64,000 nucleotides of DNA from Candidatus Thorarchaeota archaeon (GTDB lineage Archaea > Asgardarchaeota > Thorarchaeia > Thorarchaeales > Thorarchaeaceae), in assembly GCA_016933575.1 (NCBI GenBank), contig JAFGAR010000064.1, forward strand, positions 40,851-104,850, given 5' to 3'. The translations under genes and the position numbers were made by a program. This document shows positions 20,421-29,203 of this stretch, one piece after another (position 1 is the first letter of the stretch; every line of letters begins with the position of its first letter). Under the pieces are notes generated by a model. That model searched no databases. It saw only the letters and a list, made by a program, of their open reading frames with translations, and was not told where the DNA came from.

Positions 20421-21476
20421 CTAGAAGTCTCTATCACACGCATGGTCAGCTAGTGCGCAGAGAAGATCTTCATTCAGAAAACCTTTGTTCCTAATAGTTT
20501 CTTTTGCCTTGGCCGCATATTCATATGCGAGAGAATCAGCATGTTCTATGGAGTCCGATCTTTTAATCAAATCTAATGCGAAATCAATCTCGCCATTTTT
20601 AAGTAGTTCAATGGAGTGTTTTGCTTCCTCTTCTGAACTTGACTCTAGAGCATGTACAAGTACGTAGTTTGTCTTGTTACCCTTGAGATCTGAGAGAACT
20701 GACTTTCCTACTGAGTTTTCACTAGCGACTACATCTAAGATATCATCCTTGATCTGAAATGCATATCCCATTTGCTCACCAAATATCTCAAGAATGCTAC
20801 TCTGCTCTTCTGAGGCTTTTCCAATCATTGCACCAACTTTCGCAGCTGCTCTCATAAAAGAAACCGTTTTTCTACGAACTACATCGAAATAGCTCTTAGT
20901 AGTGAATTGGTTAGAGGTTATAAGATACATTAGAATATCTGAAGCCTCTCCCTCACACATTTGAATCCCTGCTGCTGCTACGATATTCATTAATTCCAAT
21001 GATGCATGATCGCTTACAAGTTTCATGGCTCTAGCTATCAGCAGGTCTCCAGCAATGATTGCCATTCTACTTCCAAATTTGCGGTGAGTACTTTCTACTC
21101 CTCTACGTATTGCATCATCATCTATGACATCATCATGAATAAGACTCGCAGTCTGAACAAACTCAGTGGCAACAGCAAACGGCAGAGCTTCATTAAAACT
21201 ACCCCCCACTGCTTCACAACTTAGTGTCGTGAGAAGAGACCTAACATGTTTTCCTCCTGCTTGAAGAAGATGCTGTGCAGTATCATATAGTATCTCTGGC
21301 TCTCCTCGCTCTGACTTGAAAACTCTGATAATCTCTTCATCAATGATTGCAAGTCGCTTGTGTAACTCCTTACTGGCACGGAGATCAATCTTTTGTCTTC
21401 GGAGTTGCCTTGATGAATTTTCATTATCATCTAAAGCAGTTTCCAAGATGTCAATATCTTTGCGAGGGTCAGGCAT
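20421..21476 (-). CDS. Trans-polyprenyl diphosphate synthase (probably medium/long-chain)
   Basis: GGKHVR, FARM ASLIHDDVIDDDAIRRG, KT motif, SARM FQIKDDILD. Confidence 0.9.
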   Translation of the reverse strand: MPDPRKDIDILETALDDNENSSRQLRRQKIDLRASKELHKRLAIIDEEIIRVFKSERGEPEILYDTAQHLLQAGGKHVRSLLTTLSCEAVGGSFNEALPFAVATEFVQTASLIHDDVIDDDAIRRGVESTHRKFGSRMAIIAGDLLIARAMKLVSDHASLELMNIVAAAGIQMCEGEASDILMYLITSNQFTTKSYFDVVRRKTVSFMRAAAKVGAMIGKASEEQSSILEIFGEQMGYAFQIKDDILDVVASENSVGKSVLSDLKGNKTNYVLVHALESSSEEEAKHSIELLKNGEIDFALDLIKRSDSIEHADSLAYEYAAKAKETIRNKGFLNEDLLCALADHACDRDF

Positions 21477-21585
21477 CTATAGAATCACCAAATCGCGCTT
21501 CAGATGAATTACATTTTCCTGCTGAAATATACCTTAAAGCAATTACTTTCTGACAAATGGCGTCGTACCCCAATGACGAGGAGTC

Positions 21586-22809
21586 CTATTCGTAAATCTC
21601 CTCAAGTCCATCCCAAGTTAATCCCATTGCTTCTGCAACAAGGACCGCTAGGTCTTTGACAGTCTTGTTGCATCCCGCCTGTGGTAATTGATCTTTCATG
21701 TATTCCACACACGAAGGACATCCAGAAGCAACAACATCCGCTTGGGTCCTCTCTATATCCTGCGCTTTCAACTTCCCAATATCTGCGGCAAATTCGTGAT
21801 CAAAAGCCCGAAGGACACCACCACTTCCACAGCAATAACAATTATCCTTGTTATGCGGCAGTTCTTCGAACTCAACGCCGGGTAGAGCGGCAATGATATC
21901 TCGTGGTTCATCATAGAAACCTGAGTTACGTCCAGCATCACATCCATCATGATAAGTGAGTTTGATATTGAGGGGCTTTGTAAATTTGATCTTGTCCTGA
22001 TCTATGAGTTCCTTTATGTACGAATATCCATAGACAACTTCGAAACCATGATCAATATTCAGGAACTCTTTGTATTCATGAGCCCACATTTTGAAACAGC
22101 CCGGGCAATTTGTGATTATTCTCTTCACCCCAAGTTCCTTATATCTCTCGATGTTATGTTCTGCTAGTGTACGTGCGCCTTCAAAATCGCCAGTCATAAT
22201 CAACGGTGCTCCACAGCAATATTCCTCCTCGCCAAGGACTGTGTAATCCTCACCTATATTATCCATTATAAGCGTCGTTGCGATTGTTGCCTGAATTGAC
22301 ACACCTCTGTAAGATGATGAACATCCAAAGAAGAATGCAGTCTCTGCTGATTTTCCTTGTCTATTGAGAAGGTCATCTTCATTCGGTGTCCAATAGGACC
22401 ACCCTTCAATCCTATCCATCTGCGACTGACCCTGTATATTGCAGGTCTTGAGGAGGGTCTCTTTTGCAGTGTTCATTGACTCAGGCCACATACCACGTTT
22501 CATGAATTCTCCTCGAAGGACCTGGTAAATCTTGACGAAGGGTATGTCAGTCTGACAGATTTCCTCACAACCTCCGCAGAGCGTACAACCGAATATTGCA
22601 TCCTTTAAGCCTTCTAATCCATCTGTTGGACTTATTCTCCCTTGTATCAGCCCTCGAGCAAGAAGCATCTTGCCTCTCCCAGAATAGCTATCTACACGCT
22701 TTACTTTGTATGTCGGACAGGCTCCATGTCCAATCTGGCAATAGCTACATTGGGCACATATGTATGGAAATTCTTCGAGCCCATATTTCCGTAATGCTGG
22801 GAAGTCCAT
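21586..22809 (-). CDS. Fe-S oxidoreductase with two [4Fe-4S] motifs and two CCG domains (GlcF/HdrD-like)
   Basis: CAQCSYC..CP, CTLCGGCEEIC, FGC..YCCG..CPGC, YHDGC..CCG..CPSC. Confidence 0.9.
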   Translation of the reverse strand: MDFPALRKYGLEEFPYICAQCSYCQIGHGACPTYKVKRVDSYSGRGKMLLARGLIQGRISPTDGLEGLKDAIFGCTLCGGCEEICQTDIPFVKIYQVLRGEFMKRGMWPESMNTAKETLLKTCNIQGQSQMDRIEGWSYWTPNEDDLLNRQGKSAETAFFFGCSSSYRGVSIQATIATTLIMDNIGEDYTVLGEEEYCCGAPLIMTGDFEGARTLAEHNIERYKELGVKRIITNCPGCFKMWAHEYKEFLNIDHGFEVVYGYSYIKELIDQDKIKFTKPLNIKLTYHDGCDAGRNSGFYDEPRDIIAALPGVEFEELPHNKDNCYCCGSGGVLRAFDHEFAADIGKLKAQDIERTQADVVASGCPSCVEYMKDQLPQAGCNKTVKDLAVLVAEAMGLTWDGLEEIYE

Positions 22810-22871
22810 TATATGTCACTCCGGAGATTGGATTTGAACGACTTTGCGTGCTGTCCAATTAGGGTCTGCGT

Positions 22872-22958
22872 TGCCTAGCCGCCTTAAAACCTTTCTACAC
22901 GGTATTGAAATAATATCGCACAACGGTGTGCCTCGCTATGTTTTTATGCAACTAGGCA
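22872..22958. promoter_or_regulatory. Divergent promoter pair sharing a TTTT(T/A)A-N5-CTAGGCA arrangement
   Basis: Plus strand TTTTTA-TGCAA-CTAGGCA (22941-22958); minus strand TTTTAA-GGCGG-CTAGGCA (22889-22872). Confidence 0.55.
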
Positions 22959-23009
22959 TTCCCGGCTCTCTAAAACCCTCCTTAGGTTCAAAGCCTGGAG
23001 AGACAATTC

Positions 23010-24950
23010 ATGGGGCTCAAACATAAACAGATTGATCAGCTCAAAGAGATTTTTGGAGACCGTGTAGTCACGGCTAAACATGAGCTATTTCTTCAATCCA
23101 TGGATGTGGGTTCTCTTCCAAAGCAGGTTGGCTGGTTGATGAATCTCAAACCAGATGCTATCGTTCAACCAATGACCCCTGAAGAGATTCGTTCACTCTA
23201 TAAATTCGCAAATGCGGAAAAAATCCCTCTGGTTCCTAGAGGCGCAGGCACTTCTGGCTATGGTGGTGCAATACCACGAAAAGGAGGCGTTGTTGTTGAT
23301 ATGCGCCGTATGGATAATATTGTAACAGTTGATGAGAAGAATCTGACCGTTGTTGTAGAACCCGGTATCTGCTGGTCCAATCTTCAACTAGAACTCAATC
23401 GACTTGGTCTCGACCTACGCTGCTATCCCTCATCTGCCCTCTCCGCCACAGTTGGAGGCTGGGTAGCCCAAGGAGGCGATGGGATAGGTAGTTTGAAGTA
23501 TGGGACTATCAACAAGAACTGTGTTGAATTTGAAGTAGTTCTTCCAAATGAGAAGATAATTCGTACAAGTGATACAGATCTCTTTTGCGATACAGAGGGT
23601 ATCCTTGGTATACTGACAAAGGTAACCCTAAAGATTAAGCCCTTGACCAGGATCAAAGCCTTTGTCTCTAGCTTTCCAGAGAATTACCTAATGAATCTCG
23701 CAATCGAGAAGATTCTAGAAGACGGTCCACTCCCTTTCACAATAAAATTTGAAGAATCTAAATACACAGACTTGAAGAAGTCTGTCTGGGAGGAGGACTG
23801 GAAATTCCCGTATCCTGTTCATCACTGTACTATTATGGTCGTCTACGAAGGTGATGAAGAAGAGATCGAGACCGGTGCTGAAGTGGTTCGCCAAGTCACA
23901 GAGGCTCACAAAGGAGTCCTATATGATGACCATGTAGGCGAGCACGAGTGGCATGAGCGATTCTACCCAATGAGAATCAAGAAGGCCGGACCTACCCTTG
24001 TAGTTGGACAAGCATTTGCACCACTCGAAAACTTAGGTGCTATCTTTGATGACTTCCAGTTTGAACAGGCATCTGCGAAGGCAGGTATTGATGGTTATGT
24101 CAATTCTAAGAACGCAGTCACAATGATGGGATATTTTCTCGAAGATGAACGTCGTTCTTTCTATATGCTATCATGGTCTCAGAGCTTTGTCATTTTCAAA
24201 ATTGCGCAACGTCACGGTGGACATCCACATTCAACTGGTATATGGTTCGCTAATTATGCACATATTTACTTCGGCAAACAGAGATTAGCTCGAATCCGAG
24301 CAGCGAAGCTGAAGTGGGATCAAAAAGAGATTTCGAATCCTGGTAAAATCTTTGCATATTGGCTTCCCTTCATGTTACGTGTGGGCAAGTACTTCATGTG
24401 GATTGGTTTCGATTTGCTACGGAATGGTTTTGGCAGGATTGCACCAATTCTTCTGAAATGGCTTCAGAATGTACCACCACTGAAGTGGTTATTACGGTGG
24501 GGTCGCGCTCACAGTCCTTGGCCGATTCAATACGGACTCGGGTGTTGTATGGCTGATGGCGCAGCCGCAGTAGCATCACGATGGGATATAGAGAGATTCG
24601 GGATGCTCCCTCTCTTTGGACCCCGGCAGACGGATGTCCTTTGGATCTCAGGATCCCTTACAAAGAAGATGGCACCACGACTTCGTCGAATCTATGAACA
24701 GATGCCAGAGCCAAAGTATGTCATATCCTATGGCCAATGTGCAGCATCTGGTGGAATGTTTTTCGATGGATATTCTTTAATCGCTCCTGCTGATACGGTC
24801 GTGCCAGTGGACGTCTATATCCCCGGCTGTCCTCCCAAACCTGCTGACTTTGTGAGAGCTCACTTGATTTTACAGAACAAGATACGCGCTGGGACTACAC
24901 ACTGGCAAAAACGGTACGAGAATCAGGATTCGATGGGGTTGATTCAATAA
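23010..24950 (+). CDS. nuoB: Fusion: FAD-linked oxidoreductase (GlcD/D-lactate dehydrogenase family) + complex I subunit NuoB
   Basis: N-terminal PRGAGTSGYGG, EPGI, PSS..ATVGGW, LKYG, EGILGILTKVTLK, NPGK. C-terminal (from about 24480) WPIQYGLGCC, ERFG..PRQTD, IYEQMPEPKYVISYGQCAASGG, VPVDVYIPGCPPKP. Confidence 0.92.
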   Translation: MGLKHKQIDQLKEIFGDRVVTAKHELFLQSMDVGSLPKQVGWLMNLKPDAIVQPMTPEEIRSLYKFANAEKIPLVPRGAGTSGYGGAIPRKGGVVVDMRRMDNIVTVDEKNLTVVVEPGICWSNLQLELNRLGLDLRCYPSSALSATVGGWVAQGGDGIGSLKYGTINKNCVEFEVVLPNEKIIRTSDTDLFCDTEGILGILTKVTLKIKPLTRIKAFVSSFPENYLMNLAIEKILEDGPLPFTIKFEESKYTDLKKSVWEEDWKFPYPVHHCTIMVVYEGDEEEIETGAEVVRQVTEAHKGVLYDDHVGEHEWHERFYPMRIKKAGPTLVVGQAFAPLENLGAIFDDFQFEQASAKAGIDGYVNSKNAVTMMGYFLEDERRSFYMLSWSQSFVIFKIAQRHGGHPHSTGIWFANYAHIYFGKQRLARIRAAKLKWDQKEISNPGKIFAYWLPFMLRVGKYFMWIGFDLLRNGFGRIAPILLKWLQNVPPLKWLLRWGRAHSPWPIQYGLGCCMADGAAAVASRWDIERFGMLPLFGPRQTDVLWISGSLTKKMAPRLRRIYEQMPEPKYVISYGQCAASGGMFFDGYSLIAPADTVVPVDVYIPGCPPKPADFVRAHLILQNKIRAGTTHWQKRYENQDSMGLIQ

Positions 24951-25468
24951 TGGCACTACGCGAAGATAGCGAACCCTATTGCTTAGCTTGGGTTGGTTTC
25001 CTCTTGATGGGTGCATATTATGCCAATTTCGGATACCAACTATGGACCAATCCTGTTGCAGTATCTGCTTTCATCAACAACTCTCCCTCAATGCTAATCC
25101 TCCTTGGATTGCCTCCACTAATGGTGTTCCTGTTTACAGGGTACTTGCGACCTTCTCGTGGAAAAGCAAAGATGAGCATGCTAGGTCCCTCTGTCATTGC
25201 AGGATTGTTCTTCGTGATTATATCATATCAGGTTGGATCAACGACTACTATCCTCGGAGATCTGATAGTGTTTTCAGCATGGGGTATTGGAAGTGCTTTG
25301 TTGACAGCTGGAGGATTTTCAATTATGGCTTCTTTGGAGAAGAACACATCTCCTGGAATTATGGATATTAGTTCACTTCATTATGGTCCTGTAAAAGAAA
25401 CGCCTGCACCTACTGAGGAGTCAGTACCTCAAGGCTCCGATGTAAAGCCAGCGGAATCGGCACAATAA
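24950..25468 (+). CDS. Hypothetical 4-TM membrane protein, translationally coupled to the FAD-NuoB fusion
   Basis: TAATG stop/start overlap at 24948-24952; four hydrophobic helices and an acidic tail. Confidence 0.7.
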   Translation: MALREDSEPYCLAWVGFLLMGAYYANFGYQLWTNPVAVSAFINNSPSMLILLGLPPLMVFLFTGYLRPSRGKAKMSMLGPSVIAGLFFVIISYQVGSTTTILGDLIVFSAWGIGSALLTAGGFSIMASLEKNTSPGIMDISSLHYGPVKETPAPTEESVPQGSDVKPAESAQ

Positions 25469-25471
25469 TTC

Positions 25472-25846
25472 CTAGTCTGTTTCTGGAAGCCATGCGAGAG
25501 CCGCAAAGGCCAGCAATAATCCACAGGCCATCCAGAAAAAGAGTAGAGCTCCCATTAGACCTTCTGGAAAGAGCGTTATGATAAGGAATCCATGGACACC
25601 ACCTATGATTCCTGACAAAGTTGTCAGACTGACACGACCCGGTCTCGATTTGGTCCTTGCAAGAGCAAAAGTTGAGCATACGGTTACTATGCCACTCAGG
25701 AACAGAACTAGTTTAATCGCTATGTCTGAGATAGTAGCTGTTAGAATTATCCAGAAGTATACTCCAAGGAGTCCCATCCCAATAAGAAGGACCAAGTAAT
25801 AGAAAAATGTGCCACGGATGAATGACAACCAATTCGACCTCTTCAT
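25472..25846 (-). CDS. Hypothetical 4-TM membrane protein
   Basis: 124 aa, strongly hydrophobic; convergent with the previous gene. Confidence 0.65.
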   Translation of the reverse strand: MKRSNWLSFIRGTFFYYLVLLIGMGLLGVYFWIILTATISDIAIKLVLFLSGIVTVCSTFALARTKSRPGRVSLTTLSGIIGGVHGFLIITLFPEGLMGALLFFWMACGLLLAFAALAWLPETD

Positions 25847-26129
25847 TTGTTACTACGAGAAAGTCGAAGTGTTGTGCTGTATATTTAACTCCTTTGAGTG
25901 ATGTTTGTTTGGGCGAATGGTTTTTAACATGCATTCAGAATGCGCCTGCTTAAGTTCGAAAGTACGGAACGTGACCATAAATGGTGATGTGCTGTGCAAG
26001 CCAGGATCAAAGATGCGGAGCTTAGAGAATGAAACATTTGTGCACTGAAACCGCAAGAGATAGATATTGCAGACAAGAAGTCATTTTCCACAACTCACCT
26101 GGCGCTGAGTTTTCACTCTAGGAGGTCTA

Positions 26130-26582
26130 TTGATTACGATGAGGCTTTTCATCGATTTCTTCCCGGTGCTTGTCTGGGCAGTATTAGTTATTGTCCTGAT
26201 TCTCGGAATGTTAGTTGGATCTTGGGTATTGAGGCCTCATGTTCTCCAGAATAGTGAAAAGACATCGAGCTACGAATGCGGTGAAGAACCAATAGGCCCC
26301 GCAAGAATTGCCTATCCCTACAACTATCTTGTCTATACTATCCTGTTTGTTGTTGTTGATGTGCTTGGCGCATTTCTGTGGTTACTTGCTGCATCCTCTT
26401 TTCGATTGAGCCCGACAATCGTTTGGCAAGTCCTTGTATTTGTGCTGATTCTTATGGGTGGTCTCGGCTTTGCCATGAAGATGCTTCCCCAGACTTTCCT
26501 CAGTGGAAAAGAAACTCTAGCACTATATCGCGAAGCTAAGGCTGCAAAGGAAAAACAAGAGCTTGAAGCAGGAGGTCACTGA
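26130..26582 (+). CDS. nuoA: Complex I-like subunit A
   Basis: KTSSYECGEEP loop, LFVVVDV, 3 TM; GGAGG RBS at 26121. Confidence 0.9.
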   Translation: MITMRLFIDFFPVLVWAVLVIVLILGMLVGSWVLRPHVLQNSEKTSSYECGEEPIGPARIAYPYNYLVYTILFVVVDVLGAFLWLLAASSFRLSPTIVWQVLVFVLILMGGLGFAMKMLPQTFLSGKETLALYREAKAAKEKQELEAGGH

Positions 26583-26586
26583 AGAG

Positions 26587-27231
26587 ATGCAACTCGATAT
26601 ATGGTTTGAAGAGGCTGAGTTCATTGTAATTGCTGCCATTGTCATTTTTCTTGCATACCTTGCACTGGAACATCGTGACATTGTCTACGCGGCATTCTTT
26701 TTTGGCTTCATGGCCTCTTTTGTTGCTGGTTTCTTTCTATTGCTTGAAGCACCTTTCATTGCAGGTATGCAGATCGCTGTATACACTGGAGGGATTAGTG
26801 CATTGATAATCTTCGCAGTGCTTCTTCTACCCCGAGCCCAAGACTCTTCCTTGGAGGTCTTCGCTTCGCCTAGAAGAAGGAATGCTGGATTGGTACTATC
26901 AGCGATGGTTGGCTCATTGTCAGCAGCCCTAGCCCTCGTTTTTCCATGGTACGAAACTTTCTCATCAGTGACTCCGCCACTTGAGAACAATCTTGAACTT
27001 CTCTCAAAATGGCTCTGGTCTGATCATGGTATCTATGTTCAGATGATTGCTCTCATCCTTCTCACAGCAATTGTTGGATCTATTGCTATTTTGAAGATGG
27101 AGAAAGCAGAACGTCTCACACCTATAGTAAGTGATTTTGGTGTTGAGTCAGTTCCTGAACCAATTGATGACGAAGCATCTGATATTGAAGATGAATCCCC
27201 GCAGAATGGGACTGAGGAGGTTGATACATAA
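26587..27231 (+). CDS. nuoJ: Complex I-like subunit J
   Basis: LEAPFIAGMQIAVYTGGI motif; 5 TM; ATG at 26587 preferred over the longer listed start. Confidence 0.88.
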   Translation: MQLDIWFEEAEFIVIAAIVIFLAYLALEHRDIVYAAFFFGFMASFVAGFFLLLEAPFIAGMQIAVYTGGISALIIFAVLLLPRAQDSSLEVFASPRRRNAGLVLSAMVGSLSAALALVFPWYETFSSVTPPLENNLELLSKWLWSDHGIYVQMIALILLTAIVGSIAILKMEKAERLTPIVSDFGVESVPEPIDDEASDIEDESPQNGTEEVDT

Positions 27232-27551
27232 TGGTCCCCCTCTCCTGGTATCTGGTGGTGGCGTTCATTCTCATAGGTCTCGGAATCTATGGAATGATGG
27301 TCAAGCGAAATCTCATACGTATTCTAATTGGAGCTGAAATCCTTGGTAATGGAGTCAACATTGCCCTAGTTGCTGTTTCAATCTACAGCCCTGTCTTCAC
27401 ATTTACGGGACAGGGTTTACTCATGCTGGTGATCTCTGTGGCAGCAGCTCACACAGCTCTTGCGATGGTTCTGATGCTTATTTACAATCAACGATACAAA
27501 TCAGTTGACCTTGGTAGACCATTCAAACTGGAGGATGATAGCAATGCCTGA
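27231..27551 (+). CDS. nuoK: Complex I-like subunit K
   Basis: IGLGIYG..KRNLIRILIGAEI, VAAAH; 3 TM. Confidence 0.9.
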   Translation: MVPLSWYLVVAFILIGLGIYGMMVKRNLIRILIGAEILGNGVNIALVAVSIYSPVFTFTGQGLLMLVISVAAAHTALAMVLMLIYNQRYKSVDLGRPFKLEDDSNA

Positions 27552-28053
27552 TGCATCGTCACTGGGTCGTGCAATCATCAATAAGCTGCCTGAGGTCGAG
27601 TCTAAACCACTTCAGGGAAATAAGATCGAGCTCCTGGTCCCTCATGAGAAAATTCGAGATGTGGTATCACTTATTGACGAATTGGTTCCCGATGCCTTAC
27701 CCGAATCTGCATTTGGCATTGATCTTGAGGATGACAAATACGAAGTAGTCTACATATTTTGGTCTCATGAATCAACGATGCTCTGTCAGTTACGAGTTTC
27801 ACTTGTAGGGGAGAAACCATCAATTCAGACTGTTAGCGACATATTTCCTGGGTTGGAATGGCATGAGCGTGAAACTAGTGAGATGTTCGGTATCACCTTT
27901 GAGAACCATCCTGACATGAGACCTCTCCTGCTGCCTGATGATTTGGTTGGAAAATATCCCATGAGAAAACGATTCAAGACCGATCGAAGTCGCCTTGAAG
28001 AAACTGGCCTTTCAACCCCTAGTCCTAGACCTGAACGTGGAGGTGGCGAATGA
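27544..28053 (+). CDS. nuoC: Complex I-like subunit C
   Basis: IFPGLEWHERETSEMFGITFENHPDMRPLLLP..YPMRK. Confidence 0.9.
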   Translation: MPDASSLGRAIINKLPEVESKPLQGNKIELLVPHEKIRDVVSLIDELVPDALPESAFGIDLEDDKYEVVYIFWSHESTMLCQLRVSLVGEKPSIQTVSDIFPGLEWHERETSEMFGITFENHPDMRPLLLPDDLVGKYPMRKRFKTDRSRLEETGLSTPSPRPERGGGE

Positions 28054-29190
28054 ATGTGTCCAGATATCCTTGATGAAACCAGTGAGATCTGGTTTGGTCC
28101 TCAACATGTCAGTGCTCATGGGTGGGCTACAAAACTGAAACTTGTTGGAGACTACATTGTCGAGTGTGACCCGAATGCTGGATATTTCCATCGTTCGGCT
28201 GAAAAATGTCTAGAGTTCCGTAATTTCAGGCAAGGTTCAATGGTATGTGAACGTATCTGCATGATGGAAGCATTCGTTGCAGAATATCCCTATGTGGCTG
28301 CAGTCGAGAAGATTGTTGATCTTGAGGTCCCAGAACGCGCGAAAATCATGCGTACTATCATGATTGAGATGAATCGGATTCATTCTCTTCAGTTTTGGTG
28401 GGGTCAATTTGCAGGGGAGTTAGGTCTCTTTGCGATGCTGCTTTGGCCCTGGGTTGATAGAGAATATACACTTGATGCTTTTGAGGAACTGACTGGGTCT
28501 CGTCATACTGTATCCTATGTCACACCTGGCGGGGTTAAGTATGATTTCACTCCCAAGTTCTTGGAAAAATTTGAAATTGCACTCTCTAGAGTGGAAGAAC
28601 GAATCCCGATCTTCAAGGACATGTTTCTTGGTAGCCCTACGTTCAGGTTACGTACCGAGGGAGTAGGTCAGTACACTGCAAAACAAGGTCTCAAGTGGGG
28701 CTTGAGTGGTCCTAATATCAAAGCTTGTGGTATTCCAATGGACCTCCGTAAGGATGACCCTGACTCGAATCTTGCATATGATATGATTGATTGGGAAGTA
28801 CCCATTACAATAAACGAGAATCATCCTGGTGAATGCGATGCATTTGACAGACTAGTTCAGCGATTCAAAGAAATTGAGACTTCAGTTGGTATTATCAGAA
28901 AGCTCTTACCTCTTGTCCCTGAAGGTCCAATCATTGACCCCAAGGCTCGAGCCAAAGTCAATCGTCTACCTGAAGGAGAGGGTTATGGTAGGATTGAGGG
29001 TACTCGTGGAATCACAACCGTTTGGTTGAAGACATTCGATAAGGCTCAGACTCCATATAGAGCCAAAATACGTGGTCCTTGCTTCGCATCATATTATGCA
29101 TTGAAGCATATTGTGCCAGGTGCTCGTTTTGCGGACTTTCCAGCGATATTTGGAAGCTTGGATCCTTATCCCGGGTGGTGGGACAGATAG
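28054..29190 (+). CDS. nuoD: Complex I-like subunit D (no NiFe site)
   Basis: FGPQHVSAHG, GYFHRSAEK, EMNRIHS, GSR, EGTRG, PYRAKIRGP, C-terminal GSLDPYPGWWDR; lacks both CxxC NiFe motifs. Confidence 0.9.
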   Translation: MCPDILDETSEIWFGPQHVSAHGWATKLKLVGDYIVECDPNAGYFHRSAEKCLEFRNFRQGSMVCERICMMEAFVAEYPYVAAVEKIVDLEVPERAKIMRTIMIEMNRIHSLQFWWGQFAGELGLFAMLLWPWVDREYTLDAFEELTGSRHTVSYVTPGGVKYDFTPKFLEKFEIALSRVEERIPIFKDMFLGSPTFRLRTEGVGQYTAKQGLKWGLSGPNIKACGIPMDLRKDDPDSNLAYDMIDWEVPITINENHPGECDAFDRLVQRFKEIETSVGIIRKLLPLVPEGPIIDPKARAKVNRLPEGEGYGRIEGTRGITTVWLKTFDKAQTPYRAKIRGPCFASYYALKHIVPGARFADFPAIFGSLDPYPGWWDR

Positions 29191-29203
29191 GAGGTGCGAT
29201 GAG

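Noticed and set aside
24330-24500. FAD-NuoB fusion as a read-through or assembly artefact
   Set aside because: The linker is a clean open frame encoding a plausible amphipathic helix, with no obvious RBS before its internal ATGs, and nuoB is absent from its usual place next to nuoA/C. It cannot be fully excluded without reads.
28054-29190. Group 4 [NiFe]-hydrogenase large subunit
   Set aside because: The L1 motif is CMME rather than CxxC, the C-terminal DPCxxC is replaced by DPYPGW, NuoB has the tandem CC of complex I, and no maturation genes are seen.
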